A DNA stretch of 64,000 nucleotides from Mobula hypostoma. Its lineage: Eukaryota. The stretch covers positions 88,600,001 to 88,664,000 of the forward strand of contig NC_086108.1 in the NCBI RefSeq assembly GCF_963921235.1, in the 5' to 3' direction. Of this stretch, positions 51,753-64,000 are shown in pieces. The first letter of the stretch is position 1. Every line of letters begins with the position of its first letter. The notes under the pieces were generated by a model. It had not been told where the DNA came from. It ran no database searches and saw only the letters and a program-made list of their open reading frames with translations. Made by a program: the position numbers and the translations under genes.

Positions 51753-53457
51753 CTATGACAGTACAATACAAGATGTTTATAATAGCTACTATTTTGAATT
51801 ATTTGCAAACACCTTGTAAACAAATAAAACGTTTATGGTATTTACATTAGAAGCCAAAGTATTTATTTATTTACTGAGAATAAATAAATAGGCCCTTTTT
51901 TTTAAAAAAATCCTAGCCAAATCATGGGACAATTTATAATGCCCAATTAACCTACCCACAGGTACATCTTTGAACTGGGGAAAACTGGAGCGCCCAGTGG
52001 AAACCCCCGTGGTCATGGGAAGAACATACAATCTCATTACGGGCAGCAGTGGAAACTGAATCTGGGTCACTGGTACCATATAGCGTTGTGCTGCCCACTA
52101 CACTATGTGCTGTGCCAAGCTAATGTAAAAACATTTACAATTCTGAGATAGGAGGCTTCATGGTTCAATGCATTCAACCTTTAGAGGATCTCATCACATT
52201 ATTAGGTCTTCAGAGATCTTTGATCTCATGTAAATTGGCCTGCTCGACAAAGTAAATGCATTCTAATTTACTTATTTAACTGGTTTTCTTCCTCAGTGAA
52301 TATTTTCCAAAAGAATTAGATAGCAAAGCTCAACTAAATGGACACTGCATCATACTTGTGAGGTGATAACTGGTCACAAAAAAGTTGAAGAGTATAGTCA
52401 AGGACTTTTCAGACAGCAGGATTGTCATGGCCTTAACATCATCAAGCGTTGCTTTCAACAATTTTGATGATGCCAAGGCAGAGGCTGGGTATGGAGACGG
52501 TGAACAGCACATTCAGGTTTTTAAACTCCCTTTAAATTTGACAAATGTGGAAACTCCAACATGTAACAATGGTCAGGGAACTGCAAAGGAACAATCTAAA
52601 GCTCTACGTTTACTGTCTGGGATCAGTGAAGAATGGCTCATAAAACAGCTACTGATGCACTACATCAAATGGTACATCAAATCTTAAATACCATAATCAA
52701 TTATTCAGAGGTGTCATTCTAGTGCAGCTGGAGATTCCAATAAATATTACCAGTAATTTCATAAGGCACTAAAATAATGAATTAAATGCCTCTATGAAAT
52801 AGAAATATATTTTGGAAAATGTTACACATACACAAGGAATATTGTGTATTCTAAGACACTTCAACTTCAAAATCAAGTAAATTTACGTATTTTGCATAGG
52901 TGCGTTATCTACATATTGTTGGCCAGAAAAGGTAGATTTTATGAAGAAAGCATGTCTGCTTGAGCTTAGTCATTGGCTCGAGATGTCTGCAAATGGAAGT
53001 AACTTGAGCCCAGTAAATATGTGACGTGGCTGAAATGGTTTGAATCAACCTCAGATTCGAGTCCTCATTTGGGAGCAGAGCAATGAGCTAATTTTGCCTG
53101 CAAACTTAAGCCAGATTGAAGAGGGTGAGTGGCATAGACGAGCCTGGTAAGAAGGAACCTTCAAAGTTGAAAAACAAGGGTGTAGAACTGATGAGAAAGA
53201 GACTAATAATGAAGTATTTCAGATTTTGAAGAAGTGAAAACTCTGGAAACCAATCACCACGGAAGTGGATGATCTTATGTCAGAGATGTGAAGATTAAGT
53301 CGAGATGTAGAAGCATCCTTGGCAAATGTTAACTCATGATTGACTATTTAGGGAAACCTTGTGAGTGTGGGTACAGACAATTAATCTTGTATCTAAACAG
53401 CCCGATTGGCATGTTTATTTATAAATGAATCAATAAGGATAACCAATAGTTATACAA

Positions 53458-53675
53458 GAAACACACAGAAAATGCTGGTGGAACTCAACAGCCCAGGCAG
53501 CATCTATGGAAAAGAGTACAGTCAATGTTCTGGGCCGTTTCAGTCCTACTGAAGGGTTTCGGCCCGAAACGTTGACTGTACTCTTTTCCATAAATGCTGC
53601 CTGGCCTGCTGAGTTCCTCCAGTATTTTGTGTGTGTTGCTTGGATTTCCAGCAGCTGCAGATTTTCTCTTGTTTG
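53458..53675. mobile_element. Inverted pair of the Penelope-like repeat
   Basis: Complementary arms 53461-53537 and 53560-53637; stem I CAGTC/GACTG intact, core altered to CTACTGA. Confidence 0.75.
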
Positions 53676-54235
53676 CAATAGTTGCACAGATTCTCTCTGC
53701 ACCTAACAAGCCATTGATGTGCAGTGCAGGAATACTGGCAACATTATGAACTATATTAAATATAATGTGTATGTTTACAGTGCGTATATTCTTTTCGGTA
53801 ACTTCAGTTACATGATATAATTTTAATACCCTAATTCGTGGAGTATTTATGAATTTAATTTAGATTTCTATTTCGTTTACAATGAGCATTATAAAAGCCT
53901 AATGTATAGAAGTAAAAACAAAAGCATAATAATCCAAACAACATTAGGTATAGCAGCTTGTCATTTATAAAAGGAGTCAGGGACAACACCGAGACCTTGA
54001 GCTGAGAGAAATATTAACCAACGGTTCTCCACTGCACAGAAATTAAAGCCAGAATTTGGAGCAATTTACTAAACAATTGATGGTGACACACAGATTCAAA
54101 CCAAAACAGACTAAACATCACACCTGGAGCATGTTTACTCTGTGACCAGATGGTCTACTGGTTTATACCACTTTACCCCAATTGCTTCATCTTTCATTAC
54201 AATTTTCCATCTTGATGCAAATATAATTAATTCAC

Positions 54236-54375
54236 CTGGCTCTGCAAAGTTTCTTAAAGGGTCATCACCCATCACCCAGCCATTGTGGGCCATGAAATAC
54301 ACCGCCTTTTCTGGCTGATGCATCATCAGCTCTTCCTCTTCTATAGACATGTCTTCAAAATCATATGTAAAGTAC
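54236..54375 (-). CDS. AGL: AGL exon
   Basis: AG..GT, 140 nt; YFTYDFEDM...MAHNGWVMGDDPLRNFAEP. Confidence 0.97.
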
Positions 54376-55090
54376 CTATATGTAAAGTAAGCATACAAAT
54401 TCAACCGTTTTTACTAGAAACATTTCAGAAAGTTCAATATCTAAGTTCTTATATGGCTGAAAACAGCACAGCATTAAAATCTAATGCTATTTTTCCCCAT
54501 GATAAATATTCATTATCACATAATACCTGAAGGTAAGTCATAAGTACATAGTTTCTAAGGGCGGGGGGGGGGGTGAATCCACAAAGAACAGCTCCACATT
54601 TCAGTCTGAGTCTGGGACCATGCCAAGTGGAGTGGGCTTTATGAATCATCAGTCAGATAAAATTGACTTCTTTCCTAATAATCTTAAATGTCAGACTTGA
54701 AAGTTGAATGCTTAACACACTTGCCAAGTCCATTTTATTTGAAGACTATGTCACCTCACCAATAAGTACAATACATCATCAGCAGTAGCGATCTTTCCAC
54801 ATGAACTACAGGATACAACAGGGTCTTTTAAGAGTCTCTTAGAAAGGTACATGGAGCTTAGGAAAATAAAGTGCTATGCACTAAGGAAATTCTAGGCAGT
54901 TGCTAGAGTAGGTTACACGTCGGCACAACATTGTGGGCCGAAGGGCCTGTAATATGCTGTGAATTTCTAAGTACTATGTTTACAGCATAAATCTAGTAAT
55001 AAGCAATTAATAGAAACTTTCCCGATGATAATGTAATTCTACCAATAAAAAATACTGTGCAAGTTTATGCTTAGTTATTTATAAGTGTAC

Positions 55091-55188
55091 CTGGTTACTA
55101 AGGGATCTTTTGCTGTAATGGGTCCAAGCTTGGGGCCATGGTCTGATAAGCGTTCATAGTTTATAGTCCCCAATGTACAGTTAACAGC
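55091..55188 (-). CDS. AGL: AGL exon
   Basis: AG..GT, 98 nt; [33 protein letters not shown]. Confidence 0.95.
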
Positions 55189-55298
55189 CTGAAAGTACAT
55201 AATTCAGTATTTAAAGTGCTTGTAACAAAGTCATGTGCAAAGATATGAAAAATCAATAGGGGATGTAAGGCAGAGGCAAAATGTCAAATAAGATATAC

Positions 55299-55401
55299 CT
55301 GTTCTTGATGATGATGTATTTCTTGATAATGTTCCATATTTAACTCTTCCATTCTTCTAAAGACCCAACCACAGCATTCATCTATCTCATTAGGACTATT
55401 G
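55299..55401 (-). CDS. AGL: AGL exon
   Basis: AG..GT, 103 nt; NSPNEIDECCGWVFRRMEELNMEHYQEIHHHQEQ. Confidence 0.94.
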
Positions 55402-55911
55402 CTTCAGAAAGCAAAGAAGAATAATTAGCAAAATAATAGCTATCAAAGAGCTTCTAATTGCAATTTTCATGATCTTGAGACACAGTATTTTATAAGTAGT
55501 GAAGTAGACGTAGATATTGTTTACTGCAATGAGACAGCCAAACTTTTTCTGGAAGGTCTCAAAGCTTCAAAACAATGATGAAACAACCTGTTTTGCGGAA
55601 ATGCCTGTCATAAGGTGAAGACCACACAGACACTTCCTTTACTCTCCCCACTTCATACCCTTCTATTGTCGAATCCCAAATTTTCCCAGATCTCCTCAAA
55701 TGCTACTTGACCTTGTGCATTTTCCATTTTTATTTCTGGTTTTAAAAATTGTGGTTGATGGATTCAGATTGACCAAAATGCCAAAAGAACTCACTTTTGC
55801 ATCACCCAGAATTGCAAATTAGGTTACATTTTAAATGACAAAGAAAGAATAGACTGTAATTGTGTGAATGTTCTACATTTCTAATGAGTGAGAATGGCTT
55901 CGATAACTTAC

Positions 55912-56029
55912 CCATGAGGTACAAACATTTTCAGTAATAAGCTCATATTAACACTGCAGCCAAATCTTTTAAATTCAGGGTCCTGAATAACCTTAAGTGG
56001 CTGTTTAGTGTCACAGTTTGTCTTCTCAC
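55912..56029 (-). CDS. AGL: AGL exon
   Basis: AG..GT, 118 nt; EKTNCDTKQPLKVIQDPEFKRFGCSVNMSLLLKMFVPH. Confidence 0.93.
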
Positions 56030-56158
56030 CTCAAAAAGAATGAGAGATTTAAAAATTGTTAGCTATGCAAACTACCATGTTTAACAGTAAATTCTGTAAA
56101 AACGGGGAAAAAATATCTCAAACTGTTTTTGTACATGCTAATTGGTCCTCCGCTGTAC

Positions 56159-56270
56159 CGTGCACGAGTGCATTGCGGAAGTCAGCAACAACTTTTTTAA
56201 CATTCACTTGAAAGAATTCCCATAACCGTAGTTTAGGATAGATTTCTTCCCACATGATTTGACGAACACA
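56159..56270 (-). CDS. AGL: AGL exon
   Basis: AG..GT, 112 nt; [37 protein letters not shown] (hand translated, not in ORF track). Confidence 0.95.
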
Positions 56271-56655
56271 CTGTCAAAAGAATAAACATTATTAAATCCT
56301 CTTTTAGAATTTTATCAAATGGACAACCTTAGCTTGATTTGAATGCTGTACGTAACTACTGGTGCTGCATACAGGCTTTATTCCATCTTAAGTTTTCTGA
56401 CCAAATGCTTGAAATTATTCTACTTCATGCAAGTATCTCGGTTTTCCATTATTTCTTTCATGTAATATACCACATCAACATCACGCAGAAGGAAGTTACA
56501 CACTCACCGAGGGTTAAAGTAGTTTTGTCTGAATTATTTACAGAATTAATTAGTGGCTACCTAATATTCATGGCCTCTAGGTTGGTACTGTCCATAGACA
56601 AAACTTGCCTGTGTATGGATATGATGATTTGTTTTACGAAGTGAACACATAATAA

Positions 56656-57176
56656 AGTGGCCATTTTATTATTAGGTACAGAAGGTTTGTGCTCTTCTGC
56701 TGCTGAAGTCCAAGCACTTCAAGGTTTGATGTGTTGTGTGTTTAGAGATGCTCTTCTGCACACCACTGTTGTGACACGTGATTGAGTTAATGTCTCCTTC
56801 CTATCAGCTTGAATTAATCTGGCCATTCTCCTCTGACCTCTCTCATTAATACGCCATTTTCTGCCACTCACTGGTTGCTTTATGTTTTACACACCAGTCT
56901 CTGTAAACTCTAGAGACTGTTGTGTGTGAAAGCCCCTGGAGATCGGCGGTTTCTGAGATACTCAAACTACCTCATCTGGCACCAACAATCACTCCAGGGT
57001 TTGAGTCACTTAGATCATATTTCTTCCCCATTCTAATATTTGGTCCGAACAACAGCTGAACTTTTTGACCATGTCTGTATGCTTTTATGGATTGTGTTGC
57101 TGCCACGATTGTCTAATTAGATATTTAGATTAATGGGCCGGTGAACAAGTGTATCTAATAAAGTGGCCCCTGAGTA
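56656..57176. mobile_element. Tc1/mariner non-autonomous element
   Basis: TIRs AGTGGCCATTTTATT..AGGTACA and TGTATCTAATAAAGTGGCCCCTGAG; TA flank on the right. Confidence 0.75.
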
Positions 57177-57426
57177 TACATACTATTTACCATTATAATA
57201 GCATCAACCTTATACAAACTATTTTCACTACTTACCTGCTGTGCAATTTGTGTCAAGATTGAAAGCTTAAATTCTTGAACACTAAAATTTACATAATTCA
57301 ACATCTTTTCCCCAATGTTCTAAGTGATTGGGGGCATTATCCCTATTTGAAACACAGGACGGGAAAAGTTGCTAAATTCATGACAGTTGTTATTTTAGGA
57401 CTATGCTTTTATGGCAACAATGTTAG

Positions 57427-57565
57427 TTTTATTTTGGAATTGGAAGGGGGAAGCTCTGGCCAAAATGTCTGTTCCTTATTCCAAAAATGTTAAGCTTAAA
57501 TAACATTTTTGGAATAAGTAACAGACATTTCAGCCAGAGATCCCCCTGCCAATTCCAAAATAAAA
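57427..57565. repeat. Long inverted repeat (hairpin)
   Basis: Arms 57427-57492 and 57501-57565, loop AGCTTAAA. Confidence 0.92.
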
Positions 57566-57712
57566 TTCATTTTCCCTTCTTGCAAACCTGCCTGAAGAGA
57601 AAATGATTTTTTTTTTTTAAACTGAGAAGTATTTTGAAACAGTTACTTAACCTTTACAGCAGAAATGGTCAAGAAGGAAAGTTGGGGCAAGTAAAAGTGA
57701 TCTTGCACTTAC

Positions 57713-57894
57713 ATTAAGGTGGTCTCCACTTTCAATAAGAGCAGGAAGTCCTCTATTCTTATATTTTCCTTCAGACACATCAACAGAGAAATGCCACAAT
57801 GCTCGGTCTAAAAGCCAAGCTGGTTTTAAATGGGGGGAATTCAAAATGTTGTATGAACATTCTGGGTGCTTCTTCAGCCAAATACTATTGGCAG
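57713..57894 (-). CDS. AGL: AGL exon
   Basis: AG..GT, 182 nt; [34 protein letters not shown]...GDHLN. Confidence 0.97.
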
Positions 57895-58159
57895 CTATTG
57901 AGAAAGGAGAAAGAAAAATATGAACAATGCACAACATTGCTTATTGATATTAGAATGATGAAATAGGCATGAAGTTTATTGCACCTTTTCTTCATGTTAA
58001 ATATGTAATCAGAAAAATGTTAACCGACCATAGAAAAGTAACAGGGGCAAGCCAGTGTTCTTATTTTACCCCACAGAGGAGACAGACTAAACATTTCACT
58101 CTTTTACCTGAACCTCGTTTCTTTCCTCATTTTCTTCTCTTGGGATAGAGACACAATAT

Positions 58160-58668
58160 AGAGTTATAGAATTGTACAGCATGAAAACAGGCCCTTCAGC
58201 CCAAATCATCCATGCAGACCAACTTATCCACTTGAGCTAGTCCTATTTCCCTGTGTTTAAGCCCATATCCCTCTAAGCCTTTCCCGTTCTCATATCCACC
58301 TAAATGTCTGTTAAATGTTGTAATTGTACCCACCTCCACTGCTTCCTCTGGCAGTTTCTTCCATATTCACCATCTGTGTTAAAAGTTGCCCTCAGCATTC
58401 TTTATTCCTTCCTCTCTCACAAACCTATTTTCTCCAGTGTTGGATTGCCCTACACTGGGGAAAAAGTTATGGCTATTCACCTTATCTATAGCCCTCATTA
58501 TTTTACCAAGCTCTTTAAAGTAATGCCTCAGCTTCCTACACTCCAGAGAAAAAAATTCTAACCTATCTAGTCTCTCCTCATTGGCCAAGCCCTCCAGCTT
58601 AGTGACATCCTTCCTATAGCTTGACGACGAAAACAGCACACGGTTTTCCCAGTACAATCTCACCAACA
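58160..58668 (-). mobile_element. CR1 3' end
   Basis: ERLDRLEFFSLE; UTR similar to 42140-42400. Confidence 0.7.
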
Positions 58669-59609
58669 GACATGTGTTTCACGTAATAATGAAAGTTTTA
58701 AAAAAAAACATCTTCTGATGAATAAAAAGCTAAATGCTTTAGTGCTTGTTTATGGTTGATCTATAATTTTAAGATTGGAGGTTTCAAATTAATTATATTC
58801 TTAAAACAAGTGCTAAATATTAAACAAATGGCATCTTATTATCTCGTTTACAACATCCCAATAAAGTGATTTTTCAGTTCTTAATTGTGGCTAAGTACAT
58901 CAATAAGAAACAAATGTTTTCAAATATCAATCTTAAAGTATTTCCTGTACAGTTCACAAGAAACAATTTATGAATACTAATTCTGTTCAGGAAAACAAGC
59001 TCTAGTACATAACTAAATTGCTCTTGTCGTATGAAGATCAGTTCTAACTTGCCATTTAAAAAGCCGAGTATCAAATTAATGCAGGAGCCTGACCTTTACC
59101 AAAATAAAACAAGGTCGGTGTCTGAAAGCACCAACAGCTCCGAACATCTCCTAGTATAAAGTACAGCTCCTGACATAGCAAAAATGAAATACTGAAACTT
59201 TAAATAGCTGTATTCACCTTTGACATTTTAAGCTACCTCCTACAGACTACCACTTTGAATCTAATTATTCAATGGAAGTCTTGATTTTTCTCTTTATAAT
59301 ATAATTGTAAGATTACATTTGTTTTGGAAATTCAAGTCAGGTCGCAAGTACGGCAATGCTATTTGATCTTGGGTCATAGTCATAGTGCAGTTATTGCACT
59401 AATAATCTAGAAACTAGAGTTCAGATACACGAATGGCAGCCTTCCCATTGTGAAGAATGGTTGTATTGTTAAAGCTGGCTGCAACAATGATACAGTGAGT
59501 GGTCCCTGCACTATAATCACTCAGCTCCAACTTATTACAGTTCAGTGAGTGGATTCCACTCGCTCCAGACTTATGCCAGCGCATTACCAACATGTCGTTC
59601 TTCTGTACT

Positions 59610-59962
59610 CACTGAAACCTATTGAAAGGCCTCGATAGAGTGGATATGGAGGGTATGTTTCCTATTGGGGGGGGGTGGGGAGAGTCTAAGACCAGAGGGG
59701 ACTACTTCAGAATAGAGAGGCATCCATTTAGAACTGAGATGATGACGATTTGTGGAATTTGTTGCCACAGGTGGATACTGAGGTCAAGTCTTTATGTATT
59801 TTTAAGGAAGAGGTTGATAAGATTCTTGATTGGTTATGACATAAAGGGATGGGGGAGAAGGCAATAGACTGGGGCTAAGAGAGAAAATGAATCAGCCATG
59901 ATGAAACGGCAGAGCAAACTTGACGGGCCAAGTGACCTAATTCTGCTCCTATATCTTATGGC
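59610..59962 (+). mobile_element. CR1 3' end
   Basis: KGLDRVD..TRG..FRTEM followed by the CR1 UTR and tail. Confidence 0.8.
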
Positions 59963-60084
59963 CTTTCATCCTCTGACTGTCACTTACTTACCTATGCATG
60001 TTGACACATCACTTAGTGTGCTACCTCAGAATTCCCACAACCTGGCTTATTCTATGGAATACACACTCTCAAAGGTTAATTAAT

Positions 60085-60700
60085 TATCAAAGCACACAAC
60101 TCTGAAATTCTTCATTTCTTCGGGTTGCCATGAAACCAAGAAAGAAAAGAAAGTCAGCACTGTCATCAACCCCCAAATCCCTCTTCCCGCACAAAAACTG
60201 AGCAGAAGGCTTCAGATACATCAACTCCCAAATCCCTCCTCCTGCACAAAAAACCGAAACAAAACAGATCAGCCACATTGGCCCCCAAATCCCTTCTTCC
60301 ATGTCAAAAAACGCTAAGAAGATTGGGCAAAACCCCCCACCCACAAATATAAAAGATATAAGACATAAAAAAAAGTCTATAGACCAAGTCCACATCCAAA
60401 ATGCAGAATAAACCTGGGCAACACTCTCTGGGTGCAGCGTCAGGCTCTCCTCTCTTCAGTACAGAACAACTGATTGAAAGGCAAGCTCACTCTCTGCACT
60501 CACTTCGATACTTTAATCACCCTTGTCGCTTTGATCGGCCAACAATGGAAGCTATAATCAGTGAAATGGCGTCAATCCCGCGGCCTTCTCGCCACGAGGC
60601 TTGCTCATGCTGCTTCTGCCTCCCGGAATCCTCACGGAGACTACAGAGCACTGAAGCATCCAAATGATGCAAGCAGCAAAACACAGGATCCAATAGTTCC
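60085..60700 (-). mobile_element. Unclassified non-coding retroposon-like insertion
   Basis: CpG-richer head, T-rich body and TACTTTGATAAT-like tail on the minus strand, similar to the Rex1-like tail near 47970. Confidence 0.4.
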
Positions 60701-61235
60701 AGAATCACATTCAAGATATTGCATTCAGTTTGCAACAAAGAATGCAGGCTCAGATGATGGTAGAAAAAGAACACACTTTTTACACAACATCTGTAGTTTA
60801 TGAAGTCCATTTGATGTTTATCTGGGATCATCTAATTTAAAAATTAGAATACATTTTTAAAGCATCAACAATTAAACTGTCCACTCACGATATTTATTAC
60901 AACTTCAAGTTTGTAAATTCAGTGTATTTAGGAAGTATTAAGACTCGATATAGACCAAAGTGCACTCCAGGTGTAATGGTCCTTTCTCACACATTTTGAG
61001 AATTATAATTCAAAAACTGATAGCTCAATAACACAATACAATATGTGGGAAAACAGTATTATGAGAAGTGTAGGCCTAAGGAATTGCTTGGTGTGAGGGA
61101 CCAATTTGTTGATTCCTTTCAAAAGTGATTGACTTCGCAGATTAAATATTGTGAGCAAAAGTTAAGCTTAAGAAACATCTTTTCTACTTTGTGAATCTCC
61201 TCCCAACGTAAAGAATTTGACAACTAATTCCGTAC

Positions 61236-61439
61236 CTGTGTGATTGTAGACGACATCTGTTATGCAGAGTACATTCCATTCATTCTTTAACTTATCGACC
61301 AGCCTTGCGACATCGGTCCAATTGTAAGTTTTATTAGGACGAGAAAATTCAGGGTTGAATTCCAACTGGTCAGCCAAGGAATAGCATGATCTGGATAATC
61401 CAAGAGTTTGTGTCGGGGTAAAATGGATCATATTATAAC
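61236..61439 (-). CDS. AGL: AGL exon, first in window (approx. human exon 5)
   Basis: AG..GT bounded, 204 nt; [32 protein letters not shown]...ITDVVYNHT (GH13 DVVxNH motif). Confidence 0.97.
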
Positions 61440-64000
61440 CTGTTAAAAAGAGTTATCATGTTGAATGTATTCAAATAAATTAATGTAGGGCAGTAGATCG
61501 ATGTTAAGGAACCTAAAACACTTCAATTCTGGTTTACTACCATTTTTTGAGATAAGCACCATTAAGTATTATAAAAGAAAATCCAACATTCCAGTACCAT
61601 CGAGTATTTATGAAATGATTAGTTAACCTCTTCTGGTAATGCTATTAATTCAAAGATCAATGCTGATCAGAAGCTCCCAGGCTTTCTTTGAATCCCGTTG
61701 GACAAAGTAGACATTGCCAAAGCAAAATACTTAACAAGACACGACATCAGAGACGAAGGGAAAGAAGATTCGAATGAACATGACACATTATCTTGTTTGG
61801 AATTTGGATATCACTGTTTAGAAAACTAGCAACTATAAACAAGTACAGTTTAAGATAGCCAAATAGTATAAAAAAAAGACAACATTCATTTCCAAATGTT
61901 ATATGTTCCCAGAAAAGTCAGAAACCCCTTGCCAAGGGGAAGAATCACACTGGTCAAGTTTAGAACTAAAGGCAATGACAGTAATATATAAAAGACCGTT
62001 ATTTAAAACCACACAGACCAGAGACCCCATAATTAAATGTTACAGAATAAACGTTATTTATTCAATGACAGAGCATGGAGTAGGTCCTTCCGCCTCTTCA
62101 AACCACACCACTGCAACAACCTCACAACCCGACTAACCCTAACCTAGTCACGGGACAATTTACGACAACATCTTTGGAAGGTGGGAGGAAAACGGAGCAC
62201 CCGGGAAAACCCATACAGAGACTCCTTACAGACAAGGTTGGAAGTGAACTCTGAACTCTGGATCACCATGAGCTGTAACAGCATTGCACTAACTGCTATG
62301 CTACTGCGGTGCCAATATAGTAATTGCAGTAGGATACTTGCAATCATTCTACTTTGACACAGCTTTAAAATACAAAGTGAAAGGTTGAAGGACACTACAT
62401 TGTATGCGCAAAGTCTGTTGGAAATTGAAGTAGCTTTAAACAGGTGAACCTTGGATCCCATTTTTTTTTAAAATGGAAATGTTGGTTGGATCTTCAACAA
62501 AGACTCCAGCGGATTTGGAACTTACTGCTAACCTCCATGTCACATATGGAGCTGCCATAGAGAGGTATTCTGTACATATACTTGGATAATAAATGTAATT
62601 GTACTTTAAATGTACTTTGAATGACTGTAAACTGCAATTTATTATTTTGAAAATTCATTGTTACTTTTATTTTCTAGAAACAAGAATGAATTATCATATC
62701 CAAGTAGAAATTACTTTAAGCACGAGCTTGCGTTGTGACAGTATTCTGTTTAGATGTTCTCTGTTTTGAGATCCTTTCATTTAGTATAGTAACAGTCACG
62801 AAAAACACAAGCAAACACAGGAAGGTTAGCCATTCAGAAATTTGTTAAGAAGCCAAGTGGCTATGTGAATGAAAATCCAATGTTTAATAAGGCAATATAA
62901 AATCTGTTACCTTATAATAACTTATGATATTTTATATTTGATCCATAGTTATAAAGCAGACCAATATTTTATATATTCTTATATTTTTGTAAATGTTTTG
63001 CATACATCTTCTAATTTTTTCCCCCAAAATTAAAAAAGTCACTTTATAGGTGCTTGTGTGATTGACAACTACTGTACATATTGCTAAAAACAGGTTTTGA
63101 ATTTTTATTAATTGATCATTAGTGGGAAAAAGCTAAGAGGGGTTGGAGTAAACACAAACTCATTTATCATTTGGAGCATAAATGGAAACAAACCTGGTGA
63201 TATACGCTTGATGTGTCAGAAATACAATTACTGCCTGATAGAATTGTAGGCACAGAAATCACAAAGAATTGGACATTTTTAATTAATAAACTTCTTCAAA
63301 CTCATCACTGGCAAAGCTAATATTGTGACTCAAAAAGGCACAAATATTTACATATTGGATAACTAAATGCACAGAATTACTTAAGAACGAGAGTTAAAAT
63401 ACATGACTAAATTTATCAGAATCTCAAAGAATTGTGAAGTATTAATTTTTTGTTATTTCCTTTCGTGACAACTACACAATGAAAAGAATGAGAAAAGTGT
63501 AGTGAATAAGCAGCCATGTTTTAATTAGAAAGATGGGGCAGGGAGGGGAAAACAGGATAGACCAAACATTACTATGAAATTAGCTGTAAAGGTGGTGACC
63601 ATCTTGAAATATTCTAGTTCATCTGGTGAAGGTATTCCCACAACATTGTATAATAGAGCGTTCTAAGATTTAGACTTAACAAAAATGCAGGAGTGAAAAT
63701 GTTTTTCGAAGACGGAATGGTCACAAACTTGGAGGGGCACCGGCAGTTGGTGATGTTCATTCACATGCTGCCTTCTAACTTCTTGGTTATAGAGATCACA
63801 GATTTTTAAGGTGTTGTCAGTGTGACCTTGACAACTAACTGCAGCCACAGGGCGAAGGTGCTGGATTTTAAGGGTGGTGAATGTAATGCCAATCAAGAAG
63901 AGTTCTTTGTTCTGGAAGGTGTTGAGCTCTCCAAGTGTTGCTTTACGAAGTTTATCATGATCTCAAACAGAGCTAGAAACAGAGACGGGAGAGTAAGTAG

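Noticed and set aside
52385..52687. 100-aa plus-strand ORF (and 51096-51305) as a nested gene
   Set aside because: Non-ATG starts, no recognisable motifs or splice context; length is compatible with chance.

Overview
Vertebrate genomic DNA, most likely a cartilaginous fish (ray/shark, inferred from its V-SINE/HE1-like, CR1 and Penelope-derived repeats). The whole window lies inside one minus-strand gene, AGL (glycogen debranching enzyme). I traced 22 consecutive GT-AG exons (61439 down to 5194, 3119 nt) that splice in frame, with the transferase motifs RLDNCH, VAELF and THDNE intact; the gene's ends are outside the window. The introns are full of transposons. Most notable: (1) a three-level nest with target-site duplications at each level, a hAT/Charlie element (16481-25424) containing a Gmr1-like Gypsy LTR element (17747-24545, integrase before RT) whose 5' LTR contains an L1 3' end; (2) a dead duplicate of an AGL exon (25886-26010) whose acceptor is replaced by a LINE fragment; (3) a short Penelope-like repeat family carrying a minimal type I hammerhead ribozyme motif, often as inverted pairs; (4) a lightly damaged Hero-like RLE retrotransposon; (5) a Chapaev3-like DNA transposon; (6) a ~140-nt hairpin just after an AGL exon. 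Family names and human comparisons come from recalled motifs, not database searches. Repeat boundaries are approximate unless a TSD or TIR is quoted.
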